From positions 23,740-87,739 of the forward strand of contig CAMAXT010000001.1 in assembly GCA_945862295.1 (NCBI GenBank): a stretch of DNA of 64,000 nucleotides, read 5' to 3'. The first letter of the stretch is position 1. Every line of letters begins with the position of its first letter. This stretch comes from Pseudobacteriovorax antillogorgiicola. Its GTDB lineage: Bacteria; Bdellovibrionota_B; Oligoflexia; Oligoflexales; CAIYRB01. Under the pieces are notes generated by a model. It was not told the DNA's origin. It searched no databases and saw nothing but the letters and a program-made list of their open reading frames with translations. Of this stretch, positions 18,820-27,440 are shown in pieces. Position numbers and translations under genes: made by a program.

Positions 18820-18851
18820 CTATCCGATTCCAGTTAGATAGAAGGATCTAC

Positions 18852-20222
18852 GTGAAAAAACTATTCGGTACTGACGGCATCCGGGGCAAAGCCAATGAAT
18901 ACCCAATCTCTATCGAGCTTGTGACCAAGCTTGGACAGGCGATTGGATATTATTTCAAAGGTGCCCATCAACAACCGCGCGTCCTCATCGGCAAAGACAC
19001 GCGCCGCAGTGGTTACATGCTAGAACAAGCCCTTTCTGCAGGGATTTGCAGTGTAGGCTGTGACGCCTACGTTCTAGGGCCACTGCCAACTCCAGGCATC
19101 GCCTATTTAACACGCGGCATGCGGGCAACTGCCGGCATTGTCATCTCTGCTTCCCATAATCCTTTTAGCGACAACGGCATCAAGATTTTCTCTGCTACCG
19201 GTTACAAGCTCCCAGATGAAATCGAAGAAAAAATTGAAAGCCTCATTGAAACCAATCTAATGGTGGAACATCTGCCTACTGGGTCAAAAATCGGTAGAGC
19301 TAGGCGAGTCGAAGATGCGATCGGTCAATACGCAGTCTATTTGAAAGAGCAGTTTCCAAAGCATTTGACGCTCGACGGTCTGCGCATCATTTTAGACTGT
19401 GCTAACGGAGCTGCGTACAAAGTTGCGCCAAAAGTGTTTACCGAATTAGGCGCAGAGTGTTTCCTAATCGGAGTTTCTCCGGACGGCACCAATATCAACG
19501 ATCAATGCGGTGCGCTCTATCCTGCAAAAATGGCTGCGCAAGTAAAACTTTATAAAGCCGACCTCGGCTTAGCTTTCGACGGCGACGCGGACCGTCTTGT
19601 GATTGTTGATGACACCGGTGCCATCATCGATGGTGACGAAATCCTCGCGATTTGCGGCACGCGCATGATGAAAAACGGCAAATTAAAGAAAAACACGGTC
19701 GTTAGTACAATCATGAGCAATATGGGCCTTGATATCGCCATGGACCGTGTTGGTGCGAAAGTAGTCCGAACAAAAGTTGGCGACCGTTACGTCATGGAAG
19801 AAATGCTAAAGGGTGACTTCAATCTCGGTGGCGAGCAGTCTGGCCACTTGATTTTCAGAGACAGCGCGACAACGGGCGACGGAATTCTCGCAGCGCTGCA
19901 TATATTAGAAATCATGATCGAAGAGGGGAAGAAGGTTTCTGAGCTAAAAAAATGCTTAGAGCGCTTGCCGCAGGTTCTAAAAAACGTCCATGTTAAAGAG
20001 AAGATCCCTTTAGAAAAACTTCCGGGACTGCAAGCTTCTATCCAGAAAAAAGAGCAGAAGCTCGGAAAAGGCGGCCGCATCCTATTTCGCTACTCAGGTA
20101 CTGAGAGCGTTGTTAGAATCATGGTTGAAGGCCCGAGCGCCGACCTCATCGAAAACCTCGCAGACGAGCTTTGCGCTGAGACCCAAGCAGCAATGGCTGC
20201 GTTTCAAGGAAGCGCGCAATGA
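18852..20222 (+). CDS. glmM: phosphoglucosamine mutase
   Basis: Phosphoserine loop SASHNPFSDNGIK, metal loop FDGDADR, sugar loop GGEQSGH. GTG start with GAAGGA SD. Confidence 0.95.
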   Translation: MKKLFGTDGIRGKANEYPISIELVTKLGQAIGYYFKGAHQQPRVLIGKDTRRSGYMLEQALSAGICSVGCDAYVLGPLPTPGIAYLTRGMRATAGIVISASHNPFSDNGIKIFSATGYKLPDEIEEKIESLIETNLMVEHLPTGSKIGRARRVEDAIGQYAVYLKEQFPKHLTLDGLRIILDCANGAAYKVAPKVFTELGAECFLIGVSPDGTNINDQCGALYPAKMAAQVKLYKADLGLAFDGDADRLVIVDDTGAIIDGDEILAICGTRMMKNGKLKKNTVVSTIMSNMGLDIAMDRVGAKVVRTKVGDRYVMEEMLKGDFNLGGEQSGHLIFRDSATTGDGILAALHILEIMIEEGKKVSELKKCLERLPQVLKNVHVKEKIPLEKLPGLQASIQKKEQKLGKGGRILFRYSGTESVVRIMVEGPSADLIENLADELCAETQAAMAAFQGSAQ

Positions 20223-20971
20223 TCAGGCTTGGTGTAAATGTTGACCATGTTGCGACGGTCCGACAAGCCCGCGGCGAAACATATCCTAGTCCCGTGCAAG
20301 CTGCGGCTCTGTGCGAAACGGGTGGAGCGGACAACATCACCTGTCACCTTCGAGAGGACCGCCGGCACATCAACGACAGCGACGCCTCTCTGCTTAAAGC
20401 AACGATCAATATCCCTTTAAATTTTGAAATAGCCTGCACCTCTGAAATGTTAGCATTTGCCTTGAAACTAAAGCCGCACTCCGTGACTTTAGTCCCTGAA
20501 AAAAGGGAAGAACGCACGACCGAAGGCGGGCTAAATGTTTCCGCTAACTTTGACCTCATCGCAAAACATGTGGAAACCCTGCAAAATGCCGGCATCCTGG
20601 CTTGCTTATTCATAGAATCAGAAAGTAATGCAGTTAAATTTGCCGCGAAAACCGGCGCTAAAGCCGTAGAGTTTCATACCGGTAAATTCTGCAAACAGCT
20701 TGATCACGCAACCACTACCAAAGACCGCTTTGCAGCGTTACAGCCTGTTAAAAGCGCCTCAATTCTAGCACACGAACTCGGCCTGCAATGCCACTTTGGC
20801 CACGGCCTCCATTACGGCAACGCCAATTGGTTGCAACTTGTAGACTTCGCCGAAGAAGCAAACATCGGTCATTCGATCGTAGCGAGAGCGATATTTTGCG
20901 GCCTGGAAAAAGCCGTTACCGACATGAAGAGCCTACTCAATGACCCAAAATTCAGACCCTACATTGGCTAA
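20219..20971 (+). CDS. pdxJ: pyridoxine 5'-phosphate synthase
   Basis: LGVNVDHVATVRQARG, HLREDRRHI and EFHTG motifs. ATGA overlap with glmM. Confidence 0.93.
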   Translation: MIRLGVNVDHVATVRQARGETYPSPVQAAALCETGGADNITCHLREDRRHINDSDASLLKATINIPLNFEIACTSEMLAFALKLKPHSVTLVPEKREERTTEGGLNVSANFDLIAKHVETLQNAGILACLFIESESNAVKFAAKTGAKAVEFHTGKFCKQLDHATTTKDRFAALQPVKSASILAHELGLQCHFGHGLHYGNANWLQLVDFAEEANIGHSIVARAIFCGLEKAVTDMKSLLNDPKFRPYIG

Positions 20972-21437
20972 ATGGCTCGCCAAGAGTCAGCAAGTCTTAG
21001 GTCAACCAGCCGAGCGGCAAGCACTTGCAGCCGTGGCAATTGCGGTTACATCCGAGTTAGTAAAAGAACGCCCATTCTGTCTCTGGATGATCGGTGGGCT
21101 CGGCGCTGGTAAGACAACATTTGCCGGCGAGATTCTCCGCGCCCTAGGTCTGGATCCCGATTATCCGGTCACCTCTCCGACATTCACCTATCTAAACGAA
21201 TACCAGATAAAAGGCCTCTGGTACGCCCATATCGACCTCTATAGAGCGACGTCTGGCTTCTCCTTGGAAGAGCTTGGGTTTGTTGATTCGAGGGATTTCG
21301 CAGGCTATTTGATTGAATGGCCGGCAGCTATCGATGAGACCACAGATGTCCTGCCGCCAACCCACTTGCTGCAAATTGAAACGGGTAAGACGACCGAGGA
21401 ACGCGTTTTTAAACTCAGTAAAGTTCGCAGCAAATAA
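20940..21437 (+). CDS. tsaE: tRNA threonylcarbamoyladenosine biosynthesis ATPase TsaE
   Basis: P-loop GGLGAGKTTF, SPTFTY, HIDLYR. Confidence 0.85.
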   Translation: MTQNSDPTLAKWLAKSQQVLGQPAERQALAAVAIAVTSELVKERPFCLWMIGGLGAGKTTFAGEILRALGLDPDYPVTSPTFTYLNEYQIKGLWYAHIDLYRATSGFSLEELGFVDSRDFAGYLIEWPAAIDETTDVLPPTHLLQIETGKTTEERVFKLSKVRSK

Positions 21438-21459
21438 AAAACCCCGGCGAAGGCCGAGG
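21436..21459 (-). terminator. terminator hairpin between convergent tsaE and the LysM gene
   Basis: CCCCGGC-GAAG-GCCGAGG (one mismatch). On the minus strand it is followed by TTTTTTATTT. Confidence 0.4.
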
Positions 21460-21485
21460 TTATGAGACCATAGATAAAACTAATC

Positions 21486-22796
21486 TTATTCTTCTTCTTC
21501 AGTTGGAATGTCGACATTGATTGTCGAGTCGACTTCTTCATCTGCAACTGGTGATGCTTCCGGAGCATCGTCTTCAACTACTACTGCTGCTGGAACGTCG
21601 TCTTCTGCTGCTGGAGCTTCTTCAACTGCTTTTGCTGGAGCTGCTTGTGGTGCTGCTACGACTGCTGGCTCTTCGACTTTCTTAACTGGAGCAGGTTCAG
21701 CTTTCTTTTTGAAGGTCGCTTTTTTCGCCTTCGCAACAGAACCGCTGCCATTATAGCTCAAAACCATGCCAACAAAGATCTGGTTTGGATTTGAAATCTT
21801 ACCTTTATTCATATTGTAGAGAACTTTCCAAGAACCAGAGTTGCCATAAAGCTGACTTGCGATCTTAGAAAGAGTGTCACCTTGTTTAACTTTTACAGTG
21901 TTCGAGCCAGTTGCTTGGCTACCAGAGTTAAATGCTTTGGCAACGCTTGTATCAGCGTCGAATTTAACGACTGTACCGGGCTGCAAGATGTATGGAGCGC
22001 TGATACCGTTTTTCGCCGCGATTTTTTTCCAGTGGCCGAATGAACCGTAGATTTTACGAGAGATGCCAGAGACTGTGTCACCAGGGACTACTACATAAGA
22101 CTGGCCGCCAGCACCGCTGTTAGATCCACTGAATGATGCTGTTGCATCTGATTTCTCGTATTTGCTTTTGATAAAGATCGCTGCACCTGGGCTTGCGATA
22201 ACACCAGGAGGTAGAACTCCTGAAGATTGACCAAAGTTTGATGTACTAGCCATTGAAGGTGCTGAAGCGGCCTCGTCGAGCATTGCGTCGGCTGAAGAGT
22301 CTGCAGCTACTTCTGAGGTAGTGTCTTCGAAAGATTCTGTAGTAGCTGGTTGAGCTGATACTGCATCGTCTAGAGTTGCGTCTAGTGACTCTGGAGCTTC
22401 TTCTACAGGGGCAGCTGCAGTTTCAACCGGGGCTTCTGCTGCCGTATCTTCTGCTACTGTTTCTTCTGGAGCTGTGTATTCGTCTGAGCTGACTGTTTCT
22501 GCTTCTGCAGCATTCATCATGTCATCTTCTTCACCGCCCTCTTCCGTCATCTCAGTCGATTCGGGCGCGACTTCGGCTGTTTCAACAGCTTCGTCTGTAC
22601 CTTCTTGCTCGATGATTAATCCGCTGCCTTCTTCTCCTGCCAACGCCTCGGAAGTCTCGCCTTCCGCCGCCACCGGCTCTTCAGACTGATCAGAACTTCC
22701 CGCACAACCTCCGGCAGTCAACGTCACAGCTATCGCTGCGAGCTGAAAAAACTTTCTAAATTTTCCGTACAGAAACGGACAATAACTCTTGCTCAT
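21486..22796 (-). CDS. LysM-domain protein with long acidic low-complexity region
   Basis: Lipoprotein-like N-terminus (LTAGGCAGS). Glu/Ala/Thr-rich acidic spacer. Two LysM repeats (YVVVPGDTVSGISRKIYG... and VKVKQGDTLSKIASQLYG...). Acidic Ala/Pro tail. I prefer the ATG at 22796 with GGAG upstream. Confidence 0.85.
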   Translation of the reverse strand: MSKSYCPFLYGKFRKFFQLAAIAVTLTAGGCAGSSDQSEEPVAAEGETSEALAGEEGSGLIIEQEGTDEAVETAEVAPESTEMTEEGGEEDDMMNAAEAETVSSDEYTAPEETVAEDTAAEAPVETAAAPVEEAPESLDATLDDAVSAQPATTESFEDTTSEVAADSSADAMLDEAASAPSMASTSNFGQSSGVLPPGVIASPGAAIFIKSKYEKSDATASFSGSNSGAGGQSYVVVPGDTVSGISRKIYGSFGHWKKIAAKNGISAPYILQPGTVVKFDADTSVAKAFNSGSQATGSNTVKVKQGDTLSKIASQLYGNSGSWKVLYNMNKGKISNPNQIFVGMVLSYNGSGSVAKAKKATFKKKAEPAPVKKVEEPAVVAAPQAAPAKAVEEAPAAEDDVPAAVVVEDDAPEASPVADEEVDSTINVDIPTEEEE

Positions 22797-22978
22797 CTCT
22801 ATGGTCTCCAAAATCGCTCAGGATCCAATTCCCAACGCGCCCCAGTCCATCGGATGATCATTTGGAAACCATTAGACCCTTACGAATAGTTTTTTTTACC
22901 AAACCGTCCCGCGTCTTAACCCGTAACTGCCCAAAATCTAAACCGATTCAAGGATCGCAATATAACTAAATAATAGCA

Positions 22979-23007
22979 TTGCCGAAAATAACTCCATCTT
23001 GTATAGA
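22979..23007 (+). promoter_or_regulatory. sigma-70-type promoter candidate for tRNA-Arg
   Basis: TTGCCG-N17-TATAGA, ending about 24 nt before the tRNA 5' end. Confidence 0.45.
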
Positions 23008-23030
23008 ATTGGAGCCTTTTCAAGGTATAC

Positions 23031-23107
23031 GCACCCGTGGCTCAGCTGGATAGAGCACCAGACTACGAATCTGGGGGTCGGACGTTCGAATCGTTCCGGG
23101 TGCGCCA
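23031..23107 (+). tRNA. tRNA-Arg (anticodon ACG)
   Basis: Hand-folded cloverleaf: acceptor GCACCCG/CGGGTGC, anticodon loop CTACGAA, T-loop TTCGAAT, encoded CCA. 77 nt. Confidence 0.95.
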
Positions 23108-23142
23108 TCCTTTCCTTACCACTCAGTTCCAAACTCTAATGA

Positions 23143-23910
23143 TCACGGCATTACGGTAATTTGTTTTTGCGTGGAGTTGTACTTCACCTGATAGTTCACC
23201 AAATAATCTAATACCCTTTCCCTTGACCAACTACCTGGTGATCGGTTGATACCCAAAAGATAAGTCTTTCCACTTTCAAATTCGCTAAACCACTCCATGA
23301 AACCTGACGCGATCGTTAGGCTAAGTCTATCTACAGAAACCATACCCTCCATCCCTGGGATACTTGGTTGCAACGAAAACACAGCAACGGTTGCTTTCGT
23401 TTCAGAATTGTAAAGCTCTAGATCGATAAAATCGCCCTTCTTAATCGGCTCTCCTCCGAGGGTAATGACGAAACCTGAGGAGCGGGAAACGCTTGTCGGA
23501 AGGTCTTCGATCGTGATGCGAGGAATGTCGAATTCAGAAATTATATCCCCATTGGGGCTTTTGTAAGTCAGAACCGTCGTGACAATATCTGTCGGCTCTA
23601 CTTCATTTCGCGAAAACTCATACTCTGCAAAACGGTCGCCACTATTGGCGGATAATGGCATCGGATCATTTCCGGCAAAAAATTTCGCATAAAGGTCGCC
23701 GGGGTGCGTTGCAGTATAGTTTAGTGTCTTATCAGCTTCCCTATAAGTCACCGTGTACGAAATCTGGCGTTCCGATAAGGTATTAGAGTGGACAGTACTA
23801 CAATACTGAAACCACAGCATATGGATTAGCTCTTGGCTTTTCTTTAGAATCCCAGCAACTTTAACAGAGTTCGCTCTCCAAAATCTCGAACTTAAAAACA
23901 ATATCAGCAA
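23143..23910 (-). CDS. hypothetical protein
   Basis: 255-aa ORF with no recognisable family. The N-terminus is atypical (no clear signal peptide), so the true start may be the internal MLWFQYCS. Confidence 0.45.
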   Translation of the reverse strand: MLILFLSSRFWRANSVKVAGILKKSQELIHMLWFQYCSTVHSNTLSERQISYTVTYREADKTLNYTATHPGDLYAKFFAGNDPMPLSANSGDRFAEYEFSRNEVEPTDIVTTVLTYKSPNGDIISEFDIPRITIEDLPTSVSRSSGFVITLGGEPIKKGDFIDLELYNSETKATVAVFSLQPSIPGMEGMVSVDRLSLTIASGFMEWFSEFESGKTYLLGINRSPGSWSRERVLDYLVNYQVKYNSTQKQITVMP

Positions 23911-24046
23911 CCTATGATCTCGCAGAACGTGATTTTCCGTTTAGCATCGCACGTTTTATCTACGCGACAACACAGCATAAAAAAATTGCAGGACAGCCGG
24001 TTCGAGAACTGATTTAATACTGCAAAACCCCCTTTAGGAGATCTAT

Positions 24047-24523
24047 ATGTTTAGGAATTCAACTGTATTAATTCTAGCGCTTTCTGGTATTGCCCTCATG
24101 ACTCCACAAGCACAGGCTGCTTGCGGTGGACCTCGCTGCATCTGTTCCGATATGACAGCGTTTGATCCGTTGCCAGCCGATCCAGAAGCATTCGATCGCC
24201 TTGCGTTCGGATTTGCAGTGCACCAACTAGACGTCGGTCTTGACAATTTCATCCAAGAACTTTCCAACTGGGAAGGCGCATCTCGTTCAGCTGTCGGCCG
24301 CTCATCTCGCGAATTATCTGACGAAGTCAAAATTCTAAAGGATTGCTTCTGCGGCCATCCATCGCACGGCTTTTTAACATACGGTGTTAGTGGGCTGGAA
24401 ACCTTCTACAACGATCTTCAAAGACGCTACGCAGGAGACTCGTTGATAAACGGCAACTCCCTTCTACGAGTGCGCATGCAGCGTATCGCTGAAGCTTACG
24501 GCAAGATTCAAATGTTAAACTGA
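24047..24523 (+). CDS. hypothetical secreted Cys-containing protein
   Basis: 158 aa. Signal peptide MFRNSTVLILALSGIALMTPQAQA with an AxA site; AGGAG SD 7 nt upstream. Confidence 0.65.
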   Translation: MFRNSTVLILALSGIALMTPQAQAACGGPRCICSDMTAFDPLPADPEAFDRLAFGFAVHQLDVGLDNFIQELSNWEGASRSAVGRSSRELSDEVKILKDCFCGHPSHGFLTYGVSGLETFYNDLQRRYAGDSLINGNSLLRVRMQRIAEAYGKIQMLN

Positions 24524-24592
24524 TCAAAAAACACGGACCAAAAAGGTGCATTATTTTATTACGCATGTCGCGATGATATGCTGCATAGGAAA

Positions 24593-24742
24593 TTACTTGG
24601 CCTTGTCGATCAAATTGAGGACCGAAGATGCTCTCGGATCGGCGATCCGGAAGGGAGCGAAGCAGATCATCGGCTTGCCGCTTTCGTGATTGCTCACGCA
24701 AGCTCGGACATTTGGACCTTCGATTTCAATCGATTCCGTCAT
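24593..24742 (-). CDS. hypothetical small protein (49 aa)
   Basis: MTESIEIEGPNVRACVSNHESGKPMICFAPFRIADPRASSVLNLIDKAK, with GGGAGA SD 8 nt upstream. Competing overlapping ORFs on both strands look less protein-like. Family not recognised. Confidence 0.3.
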   Translation of the reverse strand: MTESIEIEGPNVRACVSNHESGKPMICFAPFRIADPRASSVLNLIDKAK

Positions 24743-24921
24743 GGGTTCATCTCCCTGGTTCGAACAGCATTCCTCTTGAAGGAAATGTTCGAACTGTACT
24801 TCTGCAAACATCTAGTGCCATCAACCAATGCCAATTGGTTCACTTTTCCGCCAGCGAGTCCGCAAGTTAAATCGAGTTGATAGAAAAACTGAACGGAAAG
24901 TCGAGAGTGGAAAGTGGAGGA

Positions 24922-24941
24922 TTTTTCGCTTAGGCGAAAAA
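24922..24941 (-). terminator. hairpin immediately 3' of tRNA-Ser(GCT)
   Basis: Minus strand TTTTTCGC-CTAA-GCGAAAAA starts right after the CCA and is followed by TCCTCCACTT. Confidence 0.5.
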
Positions 24942-25031
24942 TGGCGGAGAGAGAGGGATTCGAACCCTCGGTAGGGTTTCCCCTACGCATCCTTAGCAAG
25001 GATGTGCCTTCAGCCGCTCGGCCATCTCTCC
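24942..25031 (-). tRNA. tRNA-Ser (anticodon GCT)
   Basis: Reverse complement GGAGAGATGGCCGAGCGGCTGAAGGCACATCCTTGCTAAGGATG...GGGTTCGAATCCCTCTCTCTCCGCCA. Long variable arm, anticodon loop TTGCTAA. 90 nt. Confidence 0.95.
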
Positions 25032-25297
25032 ACAAGGCGGCAATCGGATAAATCGAACCCCTGTTATAGACCTCTTATCCGAAAGTTGTAAGGAAAAATT
25101 TACAGAACCCGAATCTAGTTAACCAGCTGAAATTACTTGATTTAGTCTTTAAATCACCGTCCCAACTCACCCCGATCTCCCTCCTAACTGGCTGGCCAAA
25201 TCTAACGGATATTCAAAAGTGGAGTTAGAACAGGTTTATCAACTTGTCGCCTTCAGCTGCGAATAAACAAACTGAAAACATACAAAGGAATCCACCA

Positions 25298-25819
25298 ATG
25301 AAAGCACTCGTACTTTTCCTAGGTCTCGTAAGTTCAACTCTCGCTTCTGCAGCATCACTCACTGAAACTAGTAACTACAAAGAATTCCACCTCGACTTCG
25401 AAAACGCGAAGTCAGTATCTCTAACCGTCCAAGGCGACCGTTACAGATCAACTCGCGCGCGCTCACTCATCACAATCAAAAAAGTTACCGCTGACACATA
25501 CATCGTTGATCAAGAAAATCTTTACTACCCAGCTGTAATGGTTTTTCCACCACTACCAACAGTTACCTTGCGTGACAGCCTTACTACTACAATCAAAAAA
25601 GGCCGAAACTATTCAGTACGCATTCTTGTTCCAGCAAACCTAAAGGCATCTGTAAGTATCGTTCGTGATTTTTCAGCACCTACTTGTATGGCTTCCTGGT
25701 CAGGCTTCAGATACGACCTCGATTCTGATAGCTGCGTACAAACTGGCGGAAGCGGCTGTAGCAACCCGTTTGAATTTCAATCTCTAAGCGCTTGCGAACA
25801 AGGTAACCATTTAAACTAA
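25298..25819 (+). CDS. secreted protein with C-terminal module showing Kunitz/BPTI-like cysteine spacing
   Basis: ATG at 25298 (AAAGGAA SD). Signal peptide MKALVLFLGLVSSTLASAAS. The C-terminal 45 aa read C-x15-C-x7-C-x11-C with RY..D...C and GC...F....C. See findings. Confidence 0.7.
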   Translation: MKALVLFLGLVSSTLASAASLTETSNYKEFHLDFENAKSVSLTVQGDRYRSTRARSLITIKKVTADTYIVDQENLYYPAVMVFPPLPTVTLRDSLTTTIKKGRNYSVRILVPANLKASVSIVRDFSAPTCMASWSGFRYDLDSDSCVQTGGSGCSNPFEFQSLSACEQGNHLN

Positions 25820-26017
25820 TTTTTTCGTTTCTCTTATCTCATCAAGACTTAGTCAGCGCTAAAAACGCGGCTAAGTCTTTTTTCTTAAGACACAACACGC
25901 TTTATTGCAGATGGAAAATCTAAGCTAATAACCTAAAGGTTCTTCCCAGATACCACTCTCATATTCCTCTGCAAACGTGTCTTACAAACGCTCTTAAAAA
26001 AAGTTTATTTCTGAAAT

Positions 26018-26047
26018 TTGCAATTTGGCTGAGCGGCCAGTTAGAAT
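26018..26047 (+). promoter_or_regulatory. sigma-70-type promoter candidate for the metalloprotease gene
   Basis: TTGCAA-N18-TAGAAT, 39 nt upstream of the ATG at 26086. Confidence 0.35.
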
Positions 26048-26085
26048 AATGCGATCGTCAAAACTGCAAATCTTAGGGGAAAATT

Positions 26086-26985
26086 ATGGAGCGTCGGCAT
26101 CTTTTGTTTGTCGGTAGTCAAATTTTTGTTGGGGCAGCATTGGCATTGAGCGCGGGTCCTGCATCTGCTTCAATCATGCCTGATAACAATCTGTATCTTC
26201 AAGACTGCCTCGAGTGCGAGTCAGGTGTTTCTGAAGACACTTTCAAAGCCATCATTGAAAAAGCAAAAGTACTTTACACCGAAGTCGTTAAACAGGCTGG
26301 CGGTACACTAACAATCAACGCTCGTTGGACCGACGCGACTGTTAACGCAAGCGCGCAGCAAATGTTCGGTAGCTGGAGTGTAAACATGTACGGCGGATTA
26401 GCACGTCGTCCAGAAGTTACGGCAGACGGCTTCACAATGGTTCTCTGTCACGAGCTTGGTCACCACTTGGCTGGTTTCCCATACGTTTCTGGTTGGGCTG
26501 CAAACGAAGGTCAATCGGACTACTTCGCAACCAACCATTGTTCACAACTCTTCTGGGGCGACGAAACAGAAATCAATGCACAAGCACGAGCTGTCATTGC
26601 TGCTACTCCAAAAGCTCAGTGTGACGCTGCTTGGTCTACTCAAGACGCGCAAAATCTTTGCTACCGCACAATGCTAGCTGGTAAATCACTCGGTGACTTG
26701 CTTGGTGCATTGAAAACTGAAACTGTAGGCTGGGACACGCCAGCTACAAACGTCGTAACTGCAACCAACCACGCTCACCCTGCTGCGCAGTGCCGCCTAG
26801 ACACTTACATGGCAGGCGCGGTTTGCACTGCTGACTACGACAAGAATGTTATCCCTGGAAAAAGAGGCACTCGTGGCTATAACGACCGCGAAGCAGAAGA
26901 ACAATCAGCTCTCTATAGCTGTACTACTCAAGGTCAATACACAGCTGGCTTACGCTCAAGCTGCTGGTTTGCTCCAACTCTTTAA
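26086..26985 (+). CDS. secreted zinc metalloprotease (HEXXH, gluzincin-like)
   Basis: 299 aa. Signal peptide ...ALALSAGPASA. Zinc motif LCHELGHHLAG followed by AANEGQSDYFA (NExxSD-type third ligand, as in thermolysin-like enzymes). Multiple Cys. Confidence 0.8.
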   Translation: MERRHLLFVGSQIFVGAALALSAGPASASIMPDNNLYLQDCLECESGVSEDTFKAIIEKAKVLYTEVVKQAGGTLTINARWTDATVNASAQQMFGSWSVNMYGGLARRPEVTADGFTMVLCHELGHHLAGFPYVSGWAANEGQSDYFATNHCSQLFWGDETEINAQARAVIAATPKAQCDAAWSTQDAQNLCYRTMLAGKSLGDLLGALKTETVGWDTPATNVVTATNHAHPAAQCRLDTYMAGAVCTADYDKNVIPGKRGTRGYNDREAEEQSALYSCTTQGQYTAGLRSSCWFAPTL

Positions 26986-27003
26986 TTATTAAAGTTATCG
27001 ACT

Positions 27004-27039
27004 AAAAAGCCCCCATCAGAAATGATTGGGGGCTTTTTT
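27004..27039. terminator. bidirectional rho-independent terminator
   Basis: AAAAAGCCCCCATC-AGAAAT-GATTGGGGGCTTTTTT between the convergent genes ending at 26985 (+) and 27072 (-). Confidence 0.75.
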
Positions 27040-27071
27040 AATTTTAGAGAGAACTACCGATCGCTGTTAGG

Positions 27072-27440
27072 TTATTTCGGAGACATCAGTTTTAAGATAT
27101 TGCCGTCTAAATCGGTAAAAACGAGCATGTGACCCCAGGGTTGATTAGCCTCGCCAAGAACTTTTGCTCCGTGTTTTTCCAATGTCTTTCGGTCACCGGC
27201 AATATCATTCGAACGCAGTGTTAACGTCGCTCCTGCGTGCGCTCCATGTGAATCCTGAGGGATTTTTGGTACGGCAGAACCTTCTGTCCAATGCAGACCA
27301 ACGCTGACTCCGCCGCAGTCGAGTGCCGACCACCATTTATCTTTATGTTTGAGAGTCATACCAAGTACAGCGGTATAAAATGCAACCGACTTTTCCATAT
27401 CGGTCACGTTAAGATAGATATCCTGAACGCCTGTAATCAT
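27072..27440 (-). CDS. VOC (glyoxalase/bleomycin-resistance/dioxygenase) family protein
   Basis: 122 aa. N-terminal IYLNVTDMEKSVAFYTAVLGM and C-terminal FTDLDGNILKL are canonical VOC strand/helix signatures. Confidence 0.85.
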   Translation of the reverse strand: MITGVQDIYLNVTDMEKSVAFYTAVLGMTLKHKDKWWSALDCGGVSVGLHWTEGSAVPKIPQDSHGAHAGATLTLRSNDIAGDRKTLEKHGAKVLGEANQPWGHMLVFTDLDGNILKLMSPK

